From: Aplysia californica
Lineage: Eukaryota
Length of the DNA: 64,000 nucleotides
Direction of reading: 5' to 3'
Assembly: GCF_000002075.1 (NCBI RefSeq)
Contig: NW_004797589.1
Coordinates: 82,620-146,619 of the forward strand
Shown here: piece after piece, positions 13,850 through 25,481 of the stretch
Numbering within the stretch: position 1 is the first letter of the stretch
How the letters are laid out: each line of letters starts with the position of its first letter
Position numbers and translations under genes: made by a program
Notes under the pieces: generated by a model
Databases searched by the model: none
Told to the model about the DNA's origin: nothing
Seen by the model: the letters and a program-made list of their open reading frames with translations, nothing else

Positions 13850-14420
13850 TTTTTCGTATTGAACATTACATCTCCACAAACCCACCATCCCTGACATTTC
13901 GTAAGTTCTGCGCACGGCATTGAAAGAATGCCTGCAAGACCTTTTGTGTCATGAGTAGAGAAGTTCCGTCAGTTTGGATCTACAGCGAATCAAACCTAAA
14001 GATTTCCTAAAAAATGACCACTTCTGGTCAAACACGCACCATGCGCAGCCCTTAAAACGTCACCAAAGTGCAGATTTCAGTAGTCTAGTCTCAAAAAACC
14101 ACTATCTGTAGACGATCTGCAGCTCAGACATTCGTACTCCTCAACAGTCTACATTATCATGGCAAATCTTAATTTATGACCGTACCATATTCATCTTCGC
14201 TAGGCCGAGATGACATGGATCAAAGCATGATAATGTGTTTATGGTTCCTCGATTGTCTTGAAAAGCGGATTCATTTCCTCAAAGACATTTGGTTAAGTGA
14301 AAAGCCCATTTTCACCCTGCAGGATATGTTGACTCCAAAATTGCTGTCTATTGGGCAGCACACTCTGTATTGTCTCTGGAAGCCACTTCAAACTGAATAT
14401 GTACAGTGCATGTGGCTTTA
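13850..14420 (+). mobile_element. Highly degenerate Tc1/mariner-superfamily transposase remnant
   Basis: Frameshifted match to WFSDEAHFHLxGYVNxQNCRYW...PLHxxxVTVWCG around 14289-14418. Confidence 0.45.
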
Positions 14421-14781
14421 AACACTCAAGGTTTAGCAGGTCCTTGAGTTTGGGTGCCACTGAACATTTCGAACTACGCATTAAAAGTGTGTCGAGTCCA
14501 AAGGAGGGCATGCAGAGCACTGCCTCAAGGGAGTCCAGAATAAAATTGTTAGTTTTTAAACTCTATGAAAGAAATTAAATATTGTTTAAATGTTACAGGG
14601 ATGGAAAATTAAATGTCAAATAGAAAATAAACAAAAAGGTCAACTAATCTGTTCATCAATTCCTTTACAATATTTTTTTTAATGGTGAACTTTGCGTTTT
14701 GGAGTGCTTTGTTCTTTAAGCCATTTCCATTGTGGATAAGTGACAAGAAACTAAAGGACTAATCTCTATCATAATATTCAC

Positions 14782-14882
14782 CCTTCCATTTCCTTCAACT
14801 CTTTCATTGCATCACAAGCTCCAGGTATTTCTGGTAGATCTCGAAAGAAGCCCTCCGAGTTGTAAATGTCTCTGATGTTGTC
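14782..14882 (-). CDS. NT5M: 5'(3')-deoxyribonucleotidase exon 2: DNIRDIYNSEGFFRDLPEIPGACDAMKELKEMEG
   Basis: 101 nt, AG/GT borders; FF.xLxxxPGA motif. Confidence 0.95.
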
Positions 14883-15984
14883 CTAGTACACAGGAAAAAA
14901 AGGATTTCTAAATTAGCAAATCTCACACCTGTGTAAGGAAATCTTTAAATAGGTTTTAGTATCTTTTCATACTATAATAAAAATAATAATAATTTGTTTT
15001 ATTTTTAATAGTTTGTCAATCAATCAACAATGTCCGACAATGACCAGAAGATATGCATCTGCACAGGAGAATATTTCTAAAGCAAAACAGGAGTCTAAAT
15101 AATTATAATAAGTGTTAAGATGACTTGTGACTTCTGCCATTGTCAATGAGACCAATTTCGGCAGATCGAAGGCCTTGACACTTTTTTAGCATTCAAAGGC
15201 AGATCCTCTTGGCCACTATAACAGTCTGTGGGTTAACAGTCACCTTGACTCCCCTCCTAATAAAAACAAGAGTATCAATTCAAAACCGTTTCTATAAAAT
15301 GCAATAGCTTTGACCTTATGAAAATAGATTGTCAACCACTATGCATTGTCCTATGGACATTCAAAACACTACTCTGTATAACAGGCCATCCTATTCAATC
15401 ATATTGAAAGCCCAGACACCGAAATAAGAGAATTTTTAACCTGAGACATAATAAAAGTGTTACATCACCCGCCAGTGAACAAATTCAAAAATGCTGCTGG
15501 AGTTTGGTGATTCTACTCAAGACTTAAAATTTCATGAACAAATGAATTTTTTTTATAATTATGAGATTGAAAATAAGAGTAAAAAGTACAATTTCACTTT
15601 CATGTATCATGCACGCAAACACACAGCTTTTGGGAGCTAAACAGATGTATTTTGGGTAACAAAACCTTTGTACAATGGCTGCTAAAACTGTCGCAAATCA
15701 ATGAAGCATTTAGCAAAACATCAAATTATGGTGAAATACAGGGGGTGACCCACTGAGACTCCCCAGATATATTCAGAGATCAGGTGAATGAACAAGGAAT
15801 TGATTGCGAGGCCACTTGCACAAATTCTTGGCACAGAACAACTTGGATCTGAAGAGACTGACTAAGTCAGGTATAGAGAAGCATTGTAAGGATGATACAA
15901 ACTCCCCTAGGTTAAAAACACACAAACTACTATGGAATTAATAGACAATTGAAACCTTCTATTTTGATCAATTAAATAATATTT

Positions 15985-16272
15985 CTCTCTACTGCCACTC
16001 CTTGGTTGGTTCCTTCTTACTTTTGTCTTTCCGCCACACCCCTGATCTTCTGGTAGGAAAGAACTACACCTTTAGCCTTTTTGGTCAAAGGGGGAAAAAA
16101 CCCGGGAAGTCCCTGTGTGCAAGTTGCGCACGTTAAAGATCCTTTGGTGGTCTAAAATTGATAAGAGTAGGCTTCGGCTGCCACCTGGGCAAAATTCAAA
16201 ATTTTCTACCAACTGAAAATGTGTCCCGCGCGCTCATATGACCTATGCAGTTGTGAGACTCGTAAAACTCTT
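15985..16272 (+). mobile_element. 5'-truncated Nin/Deu-domain SINE
   Basis: GCACGTTAAAGATCC...TAAGAGTAGG...CCTGGGCAAAATTC core and shared tail. Confidence 0.75.
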
Positions 16273-16842
16273 TTATAAAGATCTCTTTCAAAACTAATAA
16301 ATTTGCAAAGGATAATAATGGATAGAATCTAGATCTCTATATATATAAAAAGTCAAAATTCATGTTAAACATAAAAAAATGATAGAAAAGTGCAGTTTGG
16401 AATATAACTGATACGGTCTACGCAGTGGCTACGTTTACAGAGCCCTGAATGTAGTTTGCAATTTAAGAATGATCTTGCTCACTTCACCCCCAACCTCCCT
16501 TTTGCTTCTTCTTTTTTTCACCCTCTCCCACCCCTCTTCCTGCCTAGGCCTTAGATCCATTCTCCATCTGTTTCTTCTAACGACTTTTATTTTCAAATTG
16601 TCGAGCGTTGCCGGGTCCGAACACGGGAAAAGGATCGAAGTCGTGTTCCTCGCTGTGAGCGAGCGAGGCCTTGTCGACCGAGACTGTTTGGCTGTGCTTG
16701 CCTTCGCCCTCCATAAATTCTGTTACATTTGGACCACTGCTACATTATTATGCACATTCACTTTGAATTTGAATTTGAGCAACCGTAGCGTTTCAGTCAA
16801 GCCTCTGTGACAACGGTGGAGGATTCAGGGTGCTATGAACGT

Positions 16843-17317
16843 TGTCAAGAACCATTTGCCGATCAGCGCGATCTTAAGATGGCGCAGAACCATATGACGA
16901 TCAGCAGAAAGCGTGGCCATCTCGAGATGGGCGCGACGCGCCATCACACACAAACAAACGATTTTGCAAAGTTCACAAACAAAACTCCGCAGAATTTATT
17001 ATCATTAATTTCAAAAATAAAAAAAAAAAGGTTCAAGAGGACGCAAGTATCACTTGCCCATACAGCCTTTCTTTTTCTCTCTCCCTCTCTCTCTCTCTTT
17101 CTTTGCCACTCTCGCCTCTATGTGTGTATATATATATATATAATAATGTGTTGTATGTGTTTGTGTGCGATCGGCAGATGGCACAATTCTTGCTTGCTTT
17201 GCACAATCTTAAGATCGCCCAGCTCTATTCATTTTCGGAAATAATCCGTAGATGGCGGATCGTCATATGGTTCTGCGCCATCGTAAGATCGCGCTGATCG
17301 GCAAATGGCGCTTGACA
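16843..17317. mobile_element. MITE with ~58-bp terminal inverted repeats
   Basis: TGTCAAGAACCATTTGCCGATCAGCGCGATCTTAAGATGGCGCAGAACCATATGACGATC, with its reverse complement at 17258-17317. Confidence 0.75.
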
Positions 17318-17376
17318 TAGTCACTGCATAACTGATAACTGAACATGAGACATGTGAAAGTATATAGACTACAGTA

Positions 17377-18302
17377 TTAGAAGGGGCCGTCATCGAGTCC
17401 GAATAACATTTTTTCAAATTCGGACTCAAATCCGAATGAAAAAAATGTTATTCGGACACGGTCTGGAAAAAAGGAAGTGTCTTCGTTCTATAGATCTAAC
17501 GTTCAGTGCTTCCAGTTTTCCGCCATTTTTTAGTTTCCCCCACACTTTATCTGCCGATCCGATGCCCGCCGCCTCATTGATACGCCCCCCACCCCCCCAT
17601 GTTTCCCACTTTCTTTGTGGTAGAAAAAGGTAAAATTGAAGATTAGCAGATCACCTGGCACCTGCATATTATGAGCTGTGTAAAAAAAAAGATCGATTCG
17701 TTCAAATAAACAAGCCTGTGTCATCTCGATTGTTTTACCAAGAAAAAGTTGTGTTGCAGTGTAGAGCCGAGCATACGGCAACTTTTGATTCCATAGACCA
17801 GCGCACAATTCATTACGTAGATCTACGTCAAGACTAGCTTATTATTGTAATGATCAGTTGCCGGGGGGGGGAGAGACTGACACATATGCGACATTCAACG
17901 CCCGGACCCATAGTGCTCCCCCCCTCCCCGACATGCACACACAGCCACACGTGTGCAGGCCGCCCATCCGACCCCGACTCACGCTAACGAGCCATCTTTA
18001 ATTGCTTCTGATGACCTTTTGACAAATAAACATTTATTAGAAGCGCTATAACTTTTCAGGCCGGCCTCAAATTCATCATAAGATAAAAACTTGGCTCCTG
18101 CACAATTTAACGCCATTTTGCCCGAAGTGATCCCGGTCTCTACCCAGCCTGAGGCGAGTCACGAGTGAGGCAGGACAGGAAGCCGGAGTCATGAGTCACA
18201 GGAAGTCGGAAGTGATGTCATGCTGGACAAGACACAAGAATCAGAGTCCGAAAAACATTTTTTCATATTCGGACTCGAGTCCGAATAGTCACTTCGATTG
18301 CT
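17377..18302. repeat. Non-autonomous repeat with palindromic TTCGGACTCGAGTCCGAA motifs; inverted partial copy at 22915-23465
   Basis: 17380-17870 matches the reverse complement of 22915-23465. Confidence 0.75.
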
Positions 18303-18480
18303 ATTAGTATAGATCTAGATCTAGATCTAATACATCTTATTTAGATCTAGATCTACAAGAATTCTAGATTTTACATTAGAATCTAGATCTAGACTCTAGA
18401 TCTAGATATCTAATAGATTCTAGATCTAGAAATAGACTAGATTTCTAGAGATCTAATATTTTTTTAAAAAATACACTCAC

Positions 18481-18684
18481 TGCTAAGTCAGCTCTTATTT
18501 TTGCGTACTGATCTCGGGCATAAAAGGTTCTTCTCTCCTCCAAAGGAATGAATGGGTCATTTGGGTGTCTGCTTTGAAACTCTTGTAAAAGGCGCATCTC
18601 AAAATCACACAACACCTGGTCCATATCAACAAGTACAAGCAGCTTGCGTTCGCTGTGATTTCTGAAGGAATTTTTTCCTGCCAT
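18481..18684 (-). CDS. NT5M: 5'(3')-deoxyribonucleotidase exon 1: MAGKNSFRNHSERKLLVLVDMDQVLCDFE...RADLA
   Basis: ATG at 18684; HAD motif I DMDxVL.DF; GTGAGT donor; exons 204+101+61+115+146 = 627 nt (208 aa). Confidence 0.95.
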
Positions 18685-19187
18685 GGGCCATGGACTTGCT
18701 TTCTGTCGGTCTTAAAACGTAAAGGTTAAAAGTTAAATTCTTTCAAATTCAAATTCAAAGAACTCTGATTGTTTCTGGAATCTAGATCTAGAGATCTAGA
18801 CTAGATCTAGATCTAGATCTAGATCTAAATATCTAGATCTAAGCCAAGCAGAACCTCCACAAGTTAAGAGTGCTGCTACCCTCTCCACAGTGATCCACCC
18901 TCTCACACAAAATTTGTTGTCGCACTAGTCTAGCAGTCAACTGCAGTCAACCTACAGCTTCTGTTCATCAACAATAACATAATACTGCGCTTACAGCCTT
19001 AACCAAACTCTTTCGTTATTATACAAATAAACAGTTTTTGTGATTCTGAATAAAATTGTTTTGATATTTGTCATCGATTTTTGTTCAACCTGCATTCTTG
19101 ATTAGAGTTTTCTTCTTAGGAGAATACAACGCCAAACTTTATCGTTGATCTTCTAAGCTGGTTGCTTTTTTCTTCAGAGATCTCAAG
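18685..19187. promoter_or_regulatory. Putative bidirectional promoter and 5'UTRs between NT5M-like and COPS3-like genes
   Basis: 503 bp between divergent ATGs; YY1-type CAAGATGGCG overlaps the COPS3 ATG; contains a TCTAGA array. Confidence 0.6.
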
Positions 19188-19242
19188 ATGGCGACCGCTT
19201 TAGAGCAGTACGTGACTATGGTTCAAAACCTATCTGCGTCAG
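19188..19242 (+). CDS. COPS3: COP9 signalosome subunit 3, first coding exon: MATALEQYVTMVQNLSAS(G)
   Basis: Resembles the vertebrate CSN3 N-terminus MASALEQFVNSVRQLSAQG; 55 nt ending at CAG|GTAATT. Confidence 0.8.
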
Positions 19243-20176
19243 GTAATTCTTTGTTCTTTTTTTCAAGTTGATGTGGTTACGGAGAACTTCGACACCATAT
19301 CAGAGAAATTGATAAGATTGAAGAATACCGGACCAGGGGACTGATTTTGCCTATGTCTCAACATGCATTATTGTCGTTCATTACCAGATAGCCCAGGCTA
19401 GTTGAACAGGCTCTCTAGAGTCTAGCTATATCTCTAGATCTAGATCTAGATCTAGATCTAGGTCTAGATATATAGATCTAGATCTAGATCTAGAAGTCAG
19501 TCGATGTGCCAGATCGCGGCGGTGCCCTCAGCGCGGCGGTGCCCTCAGCGCGGCAGTTGGTCTAGTTTCGGCAATTTCTCACCTGGCCACCTCTTCTCAC
19601 CCGGGGTGAGAATAGTGCAGGCGAGTCTTTTGGCTATTCTCACCCGGTGCGCGTTCACCGTTATAGCCTAGATCTAGGCCAACAAATTTTGCGTTCACCC
19701 TAAACCACAGAATTCTACACTGTGATAACAGAAAAATTGTAGAATTCTGTGCTGTGAACAAACGTTCCATTACAACTGTACTTGTAGCCTACTAAAAGCG
19801 TACAATTTTGTCTGTGGGCAGTGGAGAGAGAGAGAGAGAGAAAGAGAGAGAACAAAACAAAATGGCGACCCGCATAGTTCGGCTCGATTCGAAAAGTTAA
19901 ATAGCCGTAGCATCTTTGTAGACAACCAAATTAATTTACTTTTGTGTTTTAACATCATTTTTTAACTTTGTTTTGGTCAATTTGATCGTCCACACCGATA
20001 GACAGTATTCAGAAAGAGACAGAGAGAGAGAGAAGAGGGGAGGAGTAGATCTTGCGAGAACTTCCGAGCGGGTGAGAATAGCCACTTTCTTCTCACCTAC
20101 TACTTTTGTTTTTAAAAATTTTAAACTGCAGTGATGTCCCTTGCGCTGTTCCGTTTCTTTCTTTCCTGGTCCATCG

Positions 20177-20388
20177 TAGTGATGGGCCGATACCACAATT
20201 TAGGTATCGATGTCGATACCTAGTACTTTTTCAAGGTATCGATACCGATACCTAATGCTATTGGTAACATACGCGGGGGGTAATAATTAAAGACAAAATT
20301 ACAACTCTACTTTTCCAAGTATTTAGGTAATTGTGTCTAGACAAGTTGTGACTATTTAGCTGAGACTCAAACAAAAATTATTTGTAAA

Positions 20389-20439
<51 letters not shown>

Positions 20440-20893
20440 AATACCCAAATATGAGAATAAAAACAAAAAGGTATTAAGTGAAGTATGGGAGGAAAGTCAA
20501 CTTTGCAGAAAATGTTAGTATTGGAAAATAAAAACACAAGAGTTCTAAAAAGGCAATTCAATTTACCAGATTTTTTGCAACTTTAAATTAAACCAATGAG
20601 GATAAGTCAGGGTTGTCAGTGAGGATTTTGCAAAATCACTTGGAACATTTCATGAAAAATTTCTCTCTTTTTGTTAAAAAATCACTAGATCAATTTAAAA
20701 CGCTTGCCCCCTACGAAAACTCATCAGTTTAGATAAACAAAAAATTCTCAAGGCCCATGTCACTTGCTTTGGCAGCCCTGGGATAAATAACACAAAGGTA
20801 TAGATGTTTGGAGCAGGGATCGGTACCGATACCGATACCAATAGGTATCTAAGTATCGAGTACCTGGTATCGATACCTGCACATCACTCACTA
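20177..20893. mobile_element. hAT-type MITE
   Basis: 8-bp TSD GTCCATCG (20169-20176 and 20894-20901); TAGTGATG...CATCACT(CA)CTA ends; GATACC subterminal repeats. Confidence 0.85.
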
Positions 20894-21389
20894 GTCCATC
20901 GCGAACACGTGACAATTTCGAACCAGGGATAGAAATTTTGCCGTCGCACCAATTTTGACTTCGCTTTTTTAGTTTTCAGGTGTGTTTGCACTTTTTATCA
21001 CATATTAAAAGGGAGTTTTCGTAATGATGTCTATTGTTATTTATTTGGTGGATAAATGGCTACAAATGATTATGCAACATGATATGTCGCGATTCGTGCA
21101 TTTTTCACGTGTTGAGAGAAAATGCCGCAGTAACGGCACTATGACAATACTATGTACCGTAGCACGGCAATACTGCCGCGCTGCGGTACAAGGTATTGTC
21201 ATAGTGCTCTTACCGCGGCATTAGGGGTTTAGGGGTCAAGAGAGTGAGAAAGAAAGTACTGCATTGTTTTAGTCAGTTTACTGATGTTGCTGTATTCATT
21301 TGTGTGTGTGTGTGGGGGGGGGGGGGGTTGTGTGAGAGAGAGAGAGAGAGTTTTTATGTGTGTGTGTGGGGGGTGTACATGTGTATGTT

Positions 21390-21434
<45 letters not shown>

Positions 21435-21699
21435 AAGAAATATACCTTACATTGATGTTTTATTGTAAACCCGTTACCTTGTTATCAGTTTTTTGGTGTT
21501 GCTGTTTTCATTTGAATTGAATGCATGCCATGTGTTAGTAAATGTGTATGTGTGTGTCTGTGTGAGAGAGAAAGAGAGAGAGACTGACAGACAGATGCCT
21601 AACATTGATGTTGTATTGAAAACCAGTCATTAATTGTCATCAGTTTTTTATTGTGTTGCTGTATTCATTTGAATGCATGCATGTGTTTGTAAATTTTGT

Positions 21700-22359
21700 G
21701 TGTGTCTGTGTGAAAGAGAGAGAGTGAGAGAGAAAGAGTGAGTGTGAGAGAGAGTGTGTGAGAGAGTGAGAGAGAGAGTGAGTAAGAGAGAGTGTGTGAG
21801 AGAGTGTGTGTGAGAGAGAGTGAGAGAGACTGTGTGTGAGAGAGACTGTGTGTGAGAGAGAGAGTGTGTGAGAGTGTGAGAGAGAGAGAGAGAGCGTGAA
21901 AGAGAGAGTGAGAGAGAGGGTGTGAGAGAGAGTGTGAGAGAGAGTGAGAGAGTGTGTGTGAGAGAGAATGAGAGAGAGAGACAGAGAGTGTGAGAGGGAA
22001 TGTGAGAGAGAGAGAGTGTGTGTGAGAGAGAAAGTGTGAGTGAGGGAGTGTGAGAGAGAGAGCGTGGGAGGGAGAGTGAGAGAGTGTGTGAGAGAATGTG
22101 AGAGAGAGAGAGGGTGTGTGAGAGAGAGTGTGTGAGAGAGAGAGTGTGAGAGAGAGAGTGACAGAGAGTGACAGAGAGATTATGAAAGAGAGAGAGAGAG
22201 AGAGAGTGTGTGAGAGAGATTGAGAGAGAGAGTGTGTGAGAGAGAGAGAGATAGAGTGAGAGAGAGTGTATGAGAGAGTGCGAGAGAGAGAGAGTGAGAG
22301 AAAGTGTGTGAGAGAGAGTGTGAGAGAAAGTGTGAGAGAGAGAGAGAGAGAGTGTGTGT

Positions 22360-22392
<33 letters not shown>

Positions 22393-22397
22393 GGGGG
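21700..22397. repeat. Compound (GA)n/(GT)n microsatellite ending in poly-G
   Basis: Seen directly; explains the spurious S/L/H/T-rich ORF 21648-22631. Confidence 0.95.
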
Positions 22398-23930
22398 TAA
22401 GAAACCTTTTACTACCTCATTTCTTATTTTGTTTTTTGAACCATAAATATTTTCATTATTTTCAAAATGAGTGGTCATTCTGAATGCATGAACAAATGAA
22501 TGAATGAAAACAATGAAAAACAAGTAAAATATGCAAGTAACACAAGTTTCTCTCTGTATTATCAGAGAACTATAGCAAGGAATGCCGCGCACTGGGCAGA
22601 CAAAATGCCGCGATGAGGGCATAATTGCCACGCTCAGTAAAAAAAAATGCCGCGGTCACGGCACCTTGCCGCACTGCGGGCTATCGAGAGGCATCACGGT
22701 TCGACTTGGTCCAGGCACACAAATCAAGGGAGATCACTGCAATAGCATCCAAACTGAGAAGAAACGGGTCAGTCATGTGACCATACACGTCATTCCTATT
22801 TTCTTCACACACAAGAGTCACAGCCACTTGACCTCATTAAACTGCCGCGGTCTGGCACATCGACTCTAGATCAATATCTAGATCTAGATCTAGAATAGAT
22901 CTAGATTTCAGTCTTTTCCCCCCCCGGCAACTGATCATTATTACAATAATAAGCTAGTCTTGACGTAGATCTACGTAATGAATTGTGCGCTGGTCTATGG
23001 AATCAAAAGTTGCCGTATGCTCAGCTCTACACAGCAACACAACTTTTTCTTGGTAAACAATCGATATGACACAGGCTTGTTTATTTGAACAAATCGGTCT
23101 TTTTTTTTTTTACACAGCTCATAATATGCAGGTGCCAGGTGGTCTGCTAATCTTCAATTTTACCTTTTTCTACCACAAAGAAAGTGGGAAACATGGGGGG
23201 GTGGGGGGGGGGCGTATCAATGAGGCGGCGAGCATCGGATCGGCAGAAAAGGTGTGGGGGAAACTAAAAAATGGCGGAAAATTGGAAGCACTGAATGTTA
23301 GATCTATAGAACGAAGACACTTCCCTTTTTCCGGACCCGAGTCCGAATAACATTTTTTCATATTCGGACTAGAGAGCCCGAATAAGAAATTTTTTTATTC
23401 GGACTCGAGTCCGAATATGAAAAAATGTTATGCGGACTCGAGTCCGAATAACGACGGCCTTTCTAGATCTACTTAAACTTAAAGCCTCAATCAACTAAAT
23501 CGTCAATGTCAACCTTAAGAATTCATAATTTTCCCGTTTTTAATATCTCTCAATGGAGAATCTCGGACCTGTAGATCTATTCATTAAAATTTTGTCAGGG
23601 GGGTAACTCCCCCCTCCCCCCTCCTCCACCCAAACCACCCGCCCCACCTACCCCACTTTCTCACGCAATAATGTACGAGTGGTCCGGTATTCTTCAATCT
23701 TCCCGAGAAATTCGCCCGTCCTTGAGGGGAAATTCACCTTAGTATTATAGGCATCGGAGTGGTTATTGGTACCATTGTGCGAAAAACTGGTTATCCGTCC
23801 GTACAATATTCGAAGTGTTAGTGTATACAGACCTGGTAACCGGGAACAAAGTCACGAAGTATACAGACCCGGTAGGGGAACTCTTTTGTGATTTCGGGAA
23901 GTTTCAGCCCCCAGACCCGGTAGAAATCTA

Positions 23931-23967
<37 letters not shown>

Positions 23968-25481
23968 GAGGGGGGGGGGGGGGTTGCTAGCAAAATCATT
24001 CAAAATGTATATATATATGACATGCCCCAGTTCGCAGGAGGGAACGAGAGAAAGATAGAGTGGGAAATAGGTAGAGACAAAGAAAGGAAAAGAGAAGGCG
24101 AACGATACACAGAGGAGAGAGAGAGGGGGGGGGGAACTGCTCGATTGAAATTATGACATTGTAACTTGTTCTTTTCTTCAAATTGTGATTCCTCCAACTC
24201 CAAAACGGAGGAAAAACGATCGTTCATCGAAAAGACATCGGCAATCTTCATTTAGATCTAGGCTAGCCGCGAAATTAGATCAAAGATTTATGTCTGTNNN
24301 NNNNNNNNNNNNNNNNNNNNNNNNNNNNNNNNNNNNNNNNNNNNNNNNNNNNNNNNNNNNNNNNNNNNNNNNNNNNNNNNNNNNNNNNNNNNNNNNNGTA
24401 AGAAACCTTTTACTACCTCATTTCTTATTTTGAACCATAAATATTTTCATTATTTTCAAAATGAGTGGTCATTCTGAATGCATGAACAAATGAATGAATG
24501 AAAACAATGAAAAACAAGTAAAATATAATATGCAAGTAACACAGGTTTCTCTCTGTATTATCAGAGAACTATAGCAAGGAATGCCGCGCACTGCGCAGGC
24601 AAAATGCCGCGGTGAGGGCATAATTGTGGCAGGCAAAATGCCGCGGTGAGGGCATAATTGCCGCGCTCGGTAAAAAAAAATGCCGCGGTTAGGGCACCTT
24701 GCCGCACTGCGGGCTATCGAGAGGCACTGCGGTTCGTCCTGGTTCCGGCACACAAATCAAGGGAGATCACTGCAACAGCATCCAAACTGAGAAGAAATGG
24801 GTCAGTCATGTGACCACACACGCCATTCATGTTTTCTTAACGCACAAGAGTCACAGCCTCTTGACCTCATTAAACTGCCGCGGTCTGGCACATCGACTCT
24901 AGATCTAAGTGGATATTTATACGGCAGGCCATCGAAAAATCGGAAGTGATAATTCCACGGCACATAAATTCAGCCAATCAGAACATCCGGACTATTTATA
25001 CTTAAGCCTATAATCCCTTTTCCATGTAACGCATTATAGTTTTATAGATACAATTTAATAATACATTATTATGTTTAGTACAGTGTTTATCCTTTGCTAT
25101 CATTTTGTGCATTATGGACAATGATGAAATGTTTTGTGTCATTGTAACGAGAGTGAGAGATGCACAATTTATTTTGTGGAAGCAAAATGGAGAGAAGACT
25201 GGTTTGGGTTTTTTTTTGCCAAAGTAGGGTGCCCATTTGCGGATGGGATCTGGTCGGGTAGGGATGATCACCCGACTCGTCGCCTGGAAAACAAACACAA
25301 TTCTTGCATTGATACACTTCAAACAGAGCCTATCCGTCGAAATATCAATTCTGATCTTTCCACTCAAGACGGCATACCCTATAGGTTCACTTCCGATGTT
25401 CAGACAGCATGCCGGGAAAATATCAACTACGATCTTCAGACGGCATGCCGTGAAAATATGGCTACCCAAAGTATAAACTCA

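Larger units (their letters stand above)
19498..22865. mobile_element. ~3.4-kb non-autonomous TIR element with nested MITE and GA/GT microsatellites
   Basis: Left end AGTCGATGTGCCAGATCGCGG, right end CCGCGGTCTGGCACATCGACTC; subterminal TGCCGCGG repeats; second copy of the right end at 24398-24899. Confidence 0.6.

Noticed and set aside
21648-22631. 327-aa ORF rich in S/L/H/T
   Set aside because: It is a translation of the GA/GT microsatellite
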